A stretch of DNA of 64,000 bases from an uncultured virus (IMG/VR IMGVR_UViG_3300037847_005438) (lineage: Duplodnaviria > Heunggongvirae > Uroviricota > Caudoviricetes), in IMG/VR virus record IMGVR_UViG_3300037847_005438, positions 1-64,000 of that record; one strand, given 5' to 3'. This document shows, in pieces, positions 19,601 to 28,937 of the stretch. The position numbers were made by a program, and so were the translations under genes. Under the pieces are notes generated by a model, which had not been told where the DNA came from, searched no databases, and saw only the letters and a list, made by a program, of their open reading frames with translations. Within the stretch, counting starts at the first letter, position 1. Every line of letters starts with the position of its first letter.

Positions 19601-22600
19601 ATATAAATCGTTTATAGTAACCTCATGGTCTAACGTTGTTTTTTTAGTTGGTAAACCCTCTACGTACATACCAGCTTTTGATATTTTTCTAAAAGACCCA
19701 ACTTGATCTGTGGTTAAAAGTTTTATTATAGCCTTTTTTTCAAGAGCACTTAAGTTTTTGTCCTCTACTATATCTATAATATAATCTATTGCTTGTTTTG
19801 ATTCTTCGTTTATAATTTCAATAAAATCAGAAAATTTTCTTTTTATATCAGTTACCTTTGCATAAGTATTTATTTCAATACCATTATAAGCTATTTTTGT
19901 ATAAGGTATTTTTTCACCGTCTTTTGTAAAAGTTCTAGTTTTTGTACCATCTTTGGTTTTAAGTTTTACAACACTAAAACCTTCAACACCTAAATTTTTT
20001 ATAATTTTGTCATAAACTTGACTATTTCTAGTTATACCATCCGCTTTTGAAGTTCTAATAGATTTGCTTTCGTTCTTCAAAAAATCTATTATTATTCTTG
20101 CTTTATCATTTTTATTTGCTTTTTCAAGTCTATCTTTTAATCTATTTACAGTTGCGTTATAACCATATTGTTTTATTTCTTTTACAGTAACTGTTTCTAT
20201 TTGTTTTAAAACGTTTTTTATATAAGTATTATCAACAACACCTTCTTTGATAATTTTAGCTAAATAAGCTTTGTCAGCAATATTTATATTTTGCTCATTT
20301 AACCTTGCAAAAGCTATTTGTAATGCTTGTTCAGGACCTTTATTAAAATTACGCAAAGCTGTTTCTAAAAATAAAAATTGTGATTGAAAAGAAAGACCTT
20401 CTTTATTTAGGTTTAATACTTCAATATCTAAAGAATTTTTAAACTTTTGTTTGCTAACAGAAAACTTTGTACTCATAGGCCTGTTAATCACGTCAGACAG
20501 TACTTGCAAGTCATCTGATGGTATTTCTTGACCTCTTAAATCAGCTATATCTTGTCTTTTTTGTATAACATCAGCCTCCTGAGCAACTTGCATAGTGGCA
20601 TCGTAAGCTAAAGCGCCAGACATGTATTTTGCTAATTGATCTTTTCTAGTACCTTTTAAACCAGATCTTTTACCTGTTTCAGGATTTATAGCTGGTTGGT
20701 CAAAAAACGATATAAATTGTTTTTCTGTAGGCATTACTTTTTTATAAAGACTTACAGCTTGACCTTTATCTATAGTGTTTAACGCTGATGGTGGTAATAA
20801 CTTTCTATTAACAGCATCTTGAACTTCTTTTTTACTTGTTAGTAATTTTTCAAATTTAACAAATACTTTTTGATCGTCAGCAACCTCTCTTTCCATTTGT
20901 ACTAAATCAGCTGTAAACATGGTTTCAACAATAGATTCTCTAAACTTTTTTAAGTTAGATATATATTGTTTTGTACCTAAAAAGTTTTTTATAGTTTTAA
21001 ATAAATAAGTATTAGCTTCGTCTCTTAAAGCTCTTTGTATGTTTCTGGCTGGTTTACCAGATTCATAAGCTCTTATTAACGCTTTACGTGCGGCATCTAA
21101 AACTCTATTATATAATTCACTTCCAGTTTCAATACCTAATTTTCTTCTAAACTTAGAATATTCAGGTTTTTTATCTTGTTTTTGTTTTCTTTTTTTAATT
21201 TCAGCAGCTATAGATATGTCTTGTTCTTCAAGTTCTTTCATAGCCACATCTTTTTCTGCTGCTACTTGTACTTTTACTTCACCTTCTTTAGTTGTTTGTC
21301 CTATATCTACAGTTGGCGCTGTTACTTGGCCTTTTGTAATACTATTATAAGCTTGTTTTGCTCTATTAGCTATTTGAGAATTAATATGTCCAAATAAACC
21401 ACTAGGATTTTTTCTTTCAGGTTGATATTTTTTAAACCAAGAAAAAAGTTCTGCATAAGTTGTGTCTAAAAACGTTTTATCATTAACGCCCTCGTGTGGT
21501 TGTTTTAAAATAAGATTGTCTAATAAACCTTGTTCTTGTATTTTTTTATATATATTTTCAGATTCAACTTCAAAATAAGTATTACCAATACCCTTTTCTT
21601 CTAAATTTGTAACAGTACCATCTTCATCTACAATTTGTTTTCCAAGATCATTTATTTCTTTCGTTGTTTGTACCGGTGTTAAATCTCTTCTTGGTGATAC
21701 AGATCTTGGCGCTGTAGTTTCAAAGAAAGCAGTTCCTTTTGTAGCTTTTGTTAAACCGCTACTCATAGCGCCTTTATGTATGCTTTTATTGTAATCTTTT
21801 AAAAACTTATAAGTACTTTTAGCATCAGTAAAATCAACATTAGCAAGACCAATACCAGCAAACATTCTTCTTATTATATCACCAATTTTAGTAAATAAAT
21901 TATCATTAAATTTTATTTCTCCATTTGCAATAGCATCAGAATAAATTGTAAAATATTCGTCTCTATTTTCTGATAAATATTCTTCTGTATAAGTTTCTTT
22001 ATTTTCTTCTATTCTTCTGTCTATAGCATCTCTACCTTCTTGACCTATTATTTCTAAAAAACTATCAATAGTTGATTGTTCTATTTTAGCGCCACTAGCT
22101 TTTATAATACCATGTAATAATTCATGATTACCAACATTATCACCATAAACCCTTGTTTTGGCTAAATCTTTGTTTATTATTATTTCATCACCTACTATAC
22201 CACCTAAAGCTTCAGCTAATCCAATATTTTCTGGATCATTTTTAAACCTTTCCTTTATTTCTTTTTCAGTTAATTCTGTAAATTTTAAACCATAAAGTTT
22301 ACTATGTTTTTTAGCAAAAGCCATATTAGCTTGAAAATTAGCCTCTGCAACATTAGCGGCTTTACCAGCTTTAACCTCAGCTATAGTAGCTTCATCACCA
22401 GATAATTCAACCATTTTTTCAGCAGCCTCTTGTTTTGCCTTTGCTTTTTTACCAATACCAGTAAAATCATTTTCCATTCTAATATCAGCTTTGGCAATAT
22501 CAATATCGTCAGCAGTATCAACAAAACTTTTCATTTGCTCATATGTAATGTCTTCACCATTTAAAGTGTATGTAGGTTTTTTAGCAGTTAATAAAGCTGC

Positions 22601-23572
22601 AGAAACATTAACAGGCGCGGTTACTGTACCTGTTATAGCTTCAAATCCAATTTCAGCGGGATCCATTTCTTGACCAGCTACTGCTCTACCTGCTATTTCA
22701 CCAGTAGCACCACCAACAGCTTCAACAGCTGTACCAGCAGCACCAGCCGCTAACACGCCTCTTTTAGCGCCTTTTACAGCTCTTTTAGTGGCAACAGCTG
22801 CTTTACCAGCTACACCGCCAGATAAACCTTCTATTGTACCTATAGCTAATCCCCTACCAATAGCTTTATTTCTTATAGATGTACCTTCTGTTTCTAATAA
22901 TTTTTTAACATTTTCATCAGTAAACTCTAGACCTTTTTCTTTTAATCTAGTTTCTATTAATTCACCAAAAGTTAATGCTGCTTCCATTGAAGTTGCTAAA
23001 CCACCCATAGCCCCAGCTAAAGCACCAGGTATACCACCTATCGCTCCTACACCAGCTCCAGCACCAATCGCAGCAATCGAAGCCCCAGGTGAATCTATTG
23101 CTGTACCTATTTGTGTGCCTAATGATTGTACAAATAATTCTGGTAATAAACCAGGTTGTTCTCTTACACCTCTAAAAAACGCAGTCCAAGTTTTACCTTC
23201 TTTTTGATATTGTTCTTGAAACTTTTTCATACGTTCAGACTCTTGATATTCTTTAGCCTCACCTTCTTTAGCTCTAATAAAGTCCTGTATAACGTCCATG
23301 TTAATATTAGAAAAATTTTCAGACATCAAATCTGTAGCTTCACCTGTAGTACTAGCTGCTTTAATACCTCGACCAAACCAAGTTTGATCAAACCAGCTGA
23401 TAGGCTCTGAAGCAACTTGTTTTTCAACTTGTTTTTGCTGTTCTGGTTTTTCAGAAACTTTTTCAAAACCATATTTTTTTGTATACTCTTCTACGCTCAA
23501 ACCTAGTTTTGATGCTGAGTTAAAAACTCGTTGTTCGCTAATTATATTTCCGTTATATAAATAATCTGGCAT
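16694..23572 (-). CDS. large polyvalent ejection/internal virion protein with zincin (HELLH) and HAD-phosphatase domains
   Basis: Gly/Ala-rich hydrophobic N-terminal region; GNHELLHG; HAD motifs FDFDETL, VLTAR, YFVDD; C-terminal RT repeats; last gene of the ejection cluster. Confidence 0.75.
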   Translation of the reverse strand: MPDYLYNGNIISEQRVFNSASKLGLSVEEYTKKYGFEKVSEKPEQQKQVEKQVASEPISWFDQTWFGRGIKAASTTGEATDLMSENFSNINMDVIQDFIRAKEGEAKEYQESERMKKFQEQYQKEGKTWTAFFRGVREQPGLLPELFVQSLGTQIGTAIDSPGASIAAIGAGAGVGAIGGIPGALAGAMGGLATSMEAALTFGELIETRLKEKGLEFTDENVKKLLETEGTSIRNKAIGRGLAIGTIEGLSGGVAGKAAVATKRAVKGAKRGVLAAGAAGTAVEAVGGATGEIAGRAVAGQEMDPAEIGFEAITGTVTAPVNVSAALLTAKKPTYTLNGEDITYEQMKSFVDTADDIDIAKADIRMENDFTGIGKKAKAKQEAAEKMVELSGDEATIAEVKAGKAANVAEANFQANMAFAKKHSKLYGLKFTELTEKEIKERFKNDPENIGLAEALGGIVGDEIIINKDLAKTRVYGDNVGNHELLHGIIKASGAKIEQSTIDSFLEIIGQEGRDAIDRRIEENKETYTEEYLSENRDEYFTIYSDAIANGEIKFNDNLFTKIGDIIRRMFAGIGLANVDFTDAKSTYKFLKDYNKSIHKGAMSSGLTKATKGTAFFETTAPRSVSPRRDLTPVQTTKEINDLGKQIVDEDGTVTNLEEKGIGNTYFEVESENIYKKIQEQGLLDNLILKQPHEGVNDKTFLDTTYAELFSWFKKYQPERKNPSGLFGHINSQIANRAKQAYNSITKGQVTAPTVDIGQTTKEGEVKVQVAAEKDVAMKELEEQDISIAAEIKKRKQKQDKKPEYSKFRRKLGIETGSELYNRVLDAARKALIRAYESGKPARNIQRALRDEANTYLFKTIKNFLGTKQYISNLKKFRESIVETMFTADLVQMEREVADDQKVFVKFEKLLTSKKEVQDAVNRKLLPPSALNTIDKGQAVSLYKKVMPTEKQFISFFDQPAINPETGKRSGLKGTRKDQLAKYMSGALAYDATMQVAQEADVIQKRQDIADLRGQEIPSDDLQVLSDVINRPMSTKFSVSKQKFKNSLDIEVLNLNKEGLSFQSQFLFLETALRNFNKGPEQALQIAFARLNEQNINIADKAYLAKIIKEGVVDNTYIKNVLKQIETVTVKEIKQYGYNATVNRLKDRLEKANKNDKARIIIDFLKNESKSIRTSKADGITRNSQVYDKIIKNLGVEGFSVVKLKTKDGTKTRTFTKDGEKIPYTKIAYNGIEINTYAKVTDIKRKFSDFIEIINEESKQAIDYIIDIVEDKNLSALEKKAIIKLLTTDQVGSFRKISKAGMYVEGLPTKKTTLDHEVTINDLYQKTIAAIDNKISVSDLKSIFNNSKVNLIPKTIDKILNEQKLKSTGVDRMHNPKVKKAVDKVDFKDKSKVYGNNEQSAGKASSKATQKARSNVYSKSSRGMSTFDFDETLIDKGENFIIAKKGKETIKISSSDWPILGSALAEQGYEFDFTDFINVRGGVEGPLLQKMRNQIKKFGPSNVFVLTARPPQSAEAIHAWLKSKGINIPLENITGLGNSTGEAKAVWMLEKFAEGYNDMYFVDDALPNVKAVKSVLEQLDIKSKVVQAKTKFSASMNDRFNDILEDVAGIESQKRFSDAKARKRGEGKGRFRFFVPPSHEDFIGLLYNFIGKGEQGNKHRDFFEKALIKPLNRAYRELNMAKQAIANDYRNLTKQMPDIRKKLTKSTPDGDFTYDDAVRVYLWKKASFDIPGLSETDTNKLVELVNSDNKLKAFADKVGQISKIEEGYVEPGEHWISGNIRQDLADATGRVGRAKFFAEFIENADIIFSNENINKIRAAFGDNFVEALQDMLSRIKTGTNRKQGGNRQVNAFLDYLNGSIGATMFFNARSAVLQTLSAVNFINFADNNIFKAAKAFANQAQFWSDFAKLFNSDFLKQRRAGVGFDVNGAEIASAVKKAKNPVKAAIAFILNKGFLPTQMADSFAIAIGGSTFYRNRINTYIKQGLSQKEAEIKAFEDFQATAESTQQSARPDMISQQQASVLGRMILAFQNVTSQYVRLIKKAGSDLINRRKSPPYTTQVQSDMSNISKIIYYGAIQNIIFYSLQSALFAMAFEDDEQDDKFFKNKKQRLLNGSIDSILRGSGVGGAVLSVIKNAVIKYGEQNEKGWGKQLGVISDELLQLSPPVGIKIRKLDSFEKTMEYNKKVIPEMNTFDIDNPIWDAYGNLVEGATNVPVARLLRKVENVRTALDSENAWWQRLALALGWSKWELGIEDKEIKEVKERIKKTNKQVNKETKSRRTRTRTRTRTRTRTR

Positions 23573-23578
23573 ATTTTA

Positions 23579-25486
23579 TTATATTTCTTCTCCTGGAATT
23601 AAACTTAAAAAATCTTCACTAAAAAACTTATTCATATCCTCTGCTCCTTTAACAGTAGCAGCGTCTCCTGCTTGAAAAGTATAAACTACTGTATTAGTTT
23701 CTTTATCAACAACCTGTATAGTATTGTTAGTTATTACCGTAGAACCAAATAATCCGCCAAATCTAGGTTCTTTTCTATCCATACCCCCGACTAAATAGTA
23801 TTTCTTTAAAAAGTTTTCTCCATAAGCTTTTGTTAACTCTTGTTCTATGTTTTCCTTATTACTTAACATATTTTTACTAACACCAAGTCCAGTGCCTCCT
23901 TCATCTTTTTTTGTTTTAGTATCTTTTGCTATTTTTTGGTCAAATACAGAATAACCTTTATCAGTTAATTTTTTTAATCCTTCTATTTTAGCAATATCTT
24001 TCATACTAATTCCATCTTTAATATCTAAACCTAGACCCTCTATACTTTCAACTTTTACACCACCATCATAAGCGAACCAGTTTTTACCGTCCCATCTATA
24101 TTCAAAATATTCTCCCAAAACTTGTTCTTCAAAATTTAAAAGATCGTTTCTTCTTTTTTCTAAAGTACTATAATCAACTTTTTTACCCCCTTGCCCTATA
24201 CCACCAGTAGAAGGATATTCAACTCCCCAACCTAATGATCTAGCGGAAACACTAGTGTCACTATCATCGTTACCAGCATTTTTTGCTAACGCTTTTTGTC
24301 TAGCACCAAATTCAAAGTTTAATTTAAATTTTTTATCTGCATAATCTATAATAGCTTGTTTTGAAAAATCACTTTCACCACTTAACAATGAACCAGTAAA
24401 AGCCATCCACTGGTTGTTTATTTCTTCTTGACTAATACCACCGCTATTATCAGTATCTTTAATGTTTGCTAAAAGCTTACCTCTTTGACCTGTTGCAACA
24501 GCAAGTTCGCCTTTTACTTCGCCAGCAGCTAAATCTTTCATCATTAAAGTCCATAAACCAGCTGTTTCTACGTTTTCCTCTCCCTCAGTTATATGTTCAT
24601 AAAAAGACTTATTATCAATACCAAAAGCGGTTCTCATTAATCTTCTTCTATCATTAGCTGTATTTGTCATATTGTTTAAAGCTCCCCTCATTTTACCAGA
24701 GTGATATTTACCGTATTCACCACCGTAAGTAGCACCTAAGTTTTCAGCTGAAGTTGAAAGCTCATTCATTGCGTTACCATAAACGTTTTCTTTGTCTGCA
24801 ACGTTTTCTGTTAATAATGATTGAAAATCACGTAAACTTATAGTTCTAGTTGTACCGTCAGAATATGTAGCTTCACTACCATCTTCATTGTATATTGTAT
24901 ATGACAAACCACCATTATCATCTTTGGTAATTCTAGCGTAATGACCAGCTACAGTAATTTTATTATTAGTATTACTAGCTATAATAGCATTAAGTGTCTC
25001 TTGCTTTTCAAGACCCATTAGATTGTAATCAAGATTATTACTTTCTACAGCTACAGCAGCATTATCTAAAGCTTCTCCCCATTTGTCTATTTCAGAAAAT
25101 AATTTATTTTTTCTAGTAAGTATTTCCATACGTTTTTTCCTAGTATCTCTATTACCAAAAACACCACTTAAAGGACCTAGTTCTCTTAACTCATCTTTTA
25201 AAGCGTAAATTTCATTAACAACATTTTCTGTACCTCCAGCATCATAAACTTTTTGCACAGCACTATTCCAGTCTATAGAGTTTTTTATTAACTCACCTCC
25301 AATAAGTGCTGAAGCTTTAGCTATTTCACCCCACATTTCACCGCTAGCCTTAACCGTTTCACCATAAACTCTTGATACATCTTCAAAAGTACCACTATAA
25401 TCAGGTGGAGCCGCGGCTAAACCGGCTCTAGTTGCTGCTGCTACTATTGTAGCATCTGCACCTGTTGTTATTTTAGTATTTGCCAT
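23579..25486 (-). CDS. putative ejection/internal virion protein
   Basis: Position in the ejection cluster; helical composition. Confidence 0.55.
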   Translation of the reverse strand: MANTKITTGADATIVAAATRAGLAAAPPDYSGTFEDVSRVYGETVKASGEMWGEIAKASALIGGELIKNSIDWNSAVQKVYDAGGTENVVNEIYALKDELRELGPLSGVFGNRDTRKKRMEILTRKNKLFSEIDKWGEALDNAAVAVESNNLDYNLMGLEKQETLNAIIASNTNNKITVAGHYARITKDDNGGLSYTIYNEDGSEATYSDGTTRTISLRDFQSLLTENVADKENVYGNAMNELSTSAENLGATYGGEYGKYHSGKMRGALNNMTNTANDRRRLMRTAFGIDNKSFYEHITEGEENVETAGLWTLMMKDLAAGEVKGELAVATGQRGKLLANIKDTDNSGGISQEEINNQWMAFTGSLLSGESDFSKQAIIDYADKKFKLNFEFGARQKALAKNAGNDDSDTSVSARSLGWGVEYPSTGGIGQGGKKVDYSTLEKRRNDLLNFEEQVLGEYFEYRWDGKNWFAYDGGVKVESIEGLGLDIKDGISMKDIAKIEGLKKLTDKGYSVFDQKIAKDTKTKKDEGGTGLGVSKNMLSNKENIEQELTKAYGENFLKKYYLVGGMDRKEPRFGGLFGSTVITNNTIQVVDKETNTVVYTFQAGDAATVKGAEDMNKFFSEDFLSLIPGEEI

Positions 25487-26700
25487 GTTTGTTCTTTTTT
25501 ATATTTTATAGCGTAATCTAACCATTCATCAATCATACTGTTTACTGGAATACAATTAATTCTATAACCTAAATCTTCTGTTAATAAATCATAACTAAAC
25601 TCAACACCGTCATAAAGTTCTTTACTTTCAACGTTTTCTGTTATGTGCATAGCGCGCTCACCTTTTATTCTATGCATGTCACAAAGATTAACAACCGCGC
25701 CGTTTTTGAATTTAATTTTATAAAATCTTTTCTTAGTAGGATCTTCTAAGTATTCATGTTTTTGTAATACTTTTACAGGCACACCACTATAACCAATTAT
25801 AGTATCACCTGGTTTAATATTTTCAATAAATACTTTGCCTTCAACAGTGTCTATTTTAGTACCTTTAGGTATACATGCTGTACCAGCTTTAATTTTAGCA
25901 GCACCTAAAGTAGCACCAGCACCGATTAAATCACCTAAAAAACCCATTTTTGAACCAGCTCTTTGACCAGCGGCGTTAGCTTGCATACCCATAGCAGACA
26001 TTTGATTTGCCATAGCTTGAGATAAAGCCGCGTTAGCGCCAGCCATTAATCCAAATTCAACACCTAGCAATGTAGATTCTCTACCAAACTCAGCTTGTTG
26101 TATAGCCGCTTCACCTTGTCTTCTCATTGTATCTGCTTGAAAACCACCTTGAGCAACTAGCTGTTCTCTTGATATACCTAACGCTCTAGCTCTTTCAGCA
26201 CCTTGTAATTCCATTTGCCTAATAGACATTTCTCCTTGAGCAGCTAACCTTCTATTAGCAGATTCTTGTTGAGCTATGTTAGCAGATATTTGTTCTGCTT
26301 GAGCTGCGCCTTGATTTGCTAATGATTGGGCTAATGATGCTACACCACTAGCACCAGCTGCACCTCTTAAAGTCTGTAATATGTTTGCTCTTTGTAAAGC
26401 ACCTTGTTCTGCTTGAAACTCAGCAGCACGCATGTTAACAGTTAGATCTTCGTATGGATTTTCCATACCTTCATAAAGATTTTCAAATTCTGTTTTTAAA
26501 TCAGCGTAAGGATTTTTTACATCAGCAAAAGGATTTTCAAACTTAAAACTTTCAAATTGTTTTCTTTGTTGTTCTAAAAGTTCTTTTTGTTCAGCTCTTT
26601 CGCCTTCAAAAAACTCAAGTTGCTCACCGGCCATATCGACCATTTGTTGCATTATGTTTTTTTGTTGATTCCTGTCTTTACCTCCAAATACATTTGACAT
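25468..26700 (-). CDS. putative ejection protein with C-terminal Hint (mini-intein-like) domain
   Basis: Gln/Ala-rich helical N-terminus; CIPKGTKIDTVEG...IENIKPGD...SYDLLTEDLGYRINCIPVN/S. Confidence 0.75.
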   Translation of the reverse strand: MSNVFGGKDRNQQKNIMQQMVDMAGEQLEFFEGERAEQKELLEQQRKQFESFKFENPFADVKNPYADLKTEFENLYEGMENPYEDLTVNMRAAEFQAEQGALQRANILQTLRGAAGASGVASLAQSLANQGAAQAEQISANIAQQESANRRLAAQGEMSIRQMELQGAERARALGISREQLVAQGGFQADTMRRQGEAAIQQAEFGRESTLLGVEFGLMAGANAALSQAMANQMSAMGMQANAAGQRAGSKMGFLGDLIGAGATLGAAKIKAGTACIPKGTKIDTVEGKVFIENIKPGDTIIGYSGVPVKVLQKHEYLEDPTKKRFYKIKFKNGAVVNLCDMHRIKGERAMHITENVESKELYDGVEFSYDLLTEDLGYRINCIPVNSMIDEWLDYAIKYKKEQTWQILK

Positions 26701-26710
26701 ACTTATATTT

Positions 26711-27163
26711 TTAATTATTTTTATTATCTAAATAAACTACATGATGTTTTTCTTCTGATATATCAACGTCTATATTTTTAAAATATAAATTATTATATTT
26801 TTTTTCACTTTGTTTTTTAATAGAATTAATTATACTTCTAACTTTTGATAAAGTCCAAACTCTTTCACAACCACTTTTTATTGCTGTTTCAAAACAAGCT
26901 TCTATTAAATGATAATACCAAAAAGCTTTGTTTTTAAAGTTTGGGTTTGATACCATATCGCTTAAATAACCCATTTTAGAGTTAGTAAGATATATATAAC
27001 AAGCGGCTATCATTGTGTCTTTATTTTCTATTATAAGACCGCCTAAACCATTTTGTGGTAACAAACTTCTTTCTGTAACGCCTAAACCTCTTTCAATCCA
27101 CCAACTGTTTATAATTTCTATATCTTCTTCTTTTATATACCGTATATTATATTCTTTGTTCAT
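26711..27163 (-). CDS. GNAT-family acetyltransferase-like virion-assembly protein
   Basis: IAACYIY, YLSDMVSNPNF, LIEACFETAIKSGCERVW; directly upstream of the ejection genes as in many podoviruses. Confidence 0.65.
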   Translation of the reverse strand: MNKEYNIRYIKEEDIEIINSWWIERGLGVTERSLLPQNGLGGLIIENKDTMIAACYIYLTNSKMGYLSDMVSNPNFKNKAFWYYHLIEACFETAIKSGCERVWTLSKVRSIINSIKKQSEKKYNNLYFKNIDVDISEEKHHVVYLDNKNN

Positions 27164-27184
27164 TTAATTTAATTTAAGTACTTA

Positions 27185-27212
27185 TATAATCACACTTTTT
27201 ACGCGTTATTTA
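27185..27212 (-). promoter_or_regulatory. putative late promoter motif TAAA-N15-GTGATTATA
   Basis: Matches two other copies with identical spacing. Confidence 0.55.
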
Positions 27213-27628
27213 CTACTAGGCGTAACTTCAGTACTTAAAGCAAACAATTCAGCTTTTTGATTAGAATTATTTACCATTGTAACTTCTAAATAATGACCAG
27301 TCATTGTAGCATTATTTACTTTTGCATCTTTTTCAAAAAAAACAAAATTACCAGCACCTGTACCAACACCATTATCATTTACCGTTACACTATTAAGGCC
27401 TATATCTGTTACTGTACCTATATTAAATGGTGGAGCCATTTGAGTACCAGAGTACATAAAGGCCGAAAGCTGCCCTTGAGTTACTCCATCAGGGTTGTGA
27501 GTTGATTTGTCCCCTACAAAGCTTCCAGTTGTATTTTGAAGACTTATAGGTGCGGACCAAAGCTTATCACCAATTTGCAATGAACTATTTTGTATATTTG
27601 TTGTAAATGTGTAGCGAGTATATGACAT
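27206..27628 (-). CDS. tail-associated structural protein
   Basis: NSSLQIGD...FVFFEKD...GHYLEVTM...KAELFALSTEVTPSSK; context. Confidence 0.6.
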   Translation of the reverse strand: MSYTRYTFTTNIQNSSLQIGDKLWSAPISLQNTTGSFVGDKSTHNPDGVTQGQLSAFMYSGTQMAPPFNIGTVTDIGLNSVTVNDNGVGTGAGNFVFFEKDAKVNNATMTGHYLEVTMVNNSNQKAELFALSTEVTPSSK

Positions 27629-27642
27629 ATATATATATTTTT

Positions 27643-28917
27643 TTAAGAAGCTGTCCCTACTGTTATTATTTTATCTAAATCTAAATTTATTGTTGTATTT
27701 GTTGTTGGTGTTTGTGTTGTCGTTATTTTTCCTTTAATTTGAACTTTTCTACTACAACCAGTGAAATATATTACAGTATTATTTTCTAATGTTTGGCTTA
27801 AACCAACAACCATAGAACCAGCGCTTGATGATGCAGATACAGATGCAATAAGATTTGTACCACTATTATTAACACCAACTCCTGCTATTTTAACATGATC
27901 ACCACCAGATATACCGTATGTTCCATTTAAATCTACAGTAGTACTACCACTAATGTCACCTCTAACAGTTTTAGAAAGCCTTTCTGGCTCTGTAGCTGAA
28001 AAGCTGCTAAACTCAACACCAACGCTAGTAGAATCAAATATTGTTGATGAACCATATGCTCTAAAAGTCAACGTTATACCGTCAGCAAAACTTTGAGCAG
28101 AGTTTAGTGTTAAAGTTTTTGTACTAGTATTTATAGCTGTAATTTTTGGTGTTCCAGATAAACTACCGCTACTAACAGCTGTGATTATCATACCTACGGC
28201 TATATTAGTTAAATCATCCAAAACTACTTCAGTAGCACTTGATATTGCACCATCTACAGTATCTGTTGTTTCAAAATAAAAATAATCTTCAAATTGTGAT
28301 AAATTAGCAAAAGCGTCTGTTAATCTTAAACCAAAACCATGTGAATCGTTTTCTACATTTTCTACAGTCCAATCAATATTAGTTGTAAAGTTTTGTGCTG
28401 TAGTTGAAGACTCTGTAAGTGTTGAGGTTGCAAAAGTTTTATAATTACTACTGTTAACTGTTCCTGGTGAAAAAGTTAATACCGCATTGCCAATTTGATT
28501 AAAAGATTTTTTAACAACATATTTATGACCGCTTATAGATCTACTAAATTGTGTGTTTTTATCTGGGGTTGTAAATAAAAATACAGTATAAGTATCACCA
28601 CCGCTATTAGCTGGAAAATTAATATTAGTAATAAAATTAGTGCCAGATATTTCTACTTCTAAATTTTTATAAAAACTAAAACCAGAACTGAAAGAGTTAG
28701 CGTTAAAATCATAAAATTGACCACTGCTGTTAAACACTTGAATATTAAATGCACAACCATCTGTTCCGTTTATAGATATTTGTCTTGAAAAACTAGAAGC
28801 CCCAGAAGAACTTAAATCTAAATCTATAGAGCTTATTATTCTTTCACCTGACTCTGAAACATCAAAAGATGCTTGTTCTTGAGCTTCTGCACTATTATGA
28901 TATTGACTGTGTGCCAT
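27643..28917 (-). CDS. tail-associated beta-rich structural protein
   Basis: Ser/Thr/Gly-rich beta repeats (IAVGMII...ITAIN...TLTLNSAQ). Confidence 0.6.
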   Translation of the reverse strand: MAHSQYHNSAEAQEQASFDVSESGERIISSIDLDLSSSGASSFSRQISINGTDGCAFNIQVFNSSGQFYDFNANSFSSGFSFYKNLEVEISGTNFITNINFPANSGGDTYTVFLFTTPDKNTQFSRSISGHKYVVKKSFNQIGNAVLTFSPGTVNSSNYKTFATSTLTESSTTAQNFTTNIDWTVENVENDSHGFGLRLTDAFANLSQFEDYFYFETTDTVDGAISSATEVVLDDLTNIAVGMIITAVSSGSLSGTPKITAINTSTKTLTLNSAQSFADGITLTFRAYGSSTIFDSTSVGVEFSSFSATEPERLSKTVRGDISGSTTVDLNGTYGISGGDHVKIAGVGVNNSGTNLIASVSASSSAGSMVVGLSQTLENNTVIYFTGCSRKVQIKGKITTTQTPTTNTTINLDLDKIITVGTAS

Positions 28918-28937
28918 TTATTTTTATTTTTTAATTT

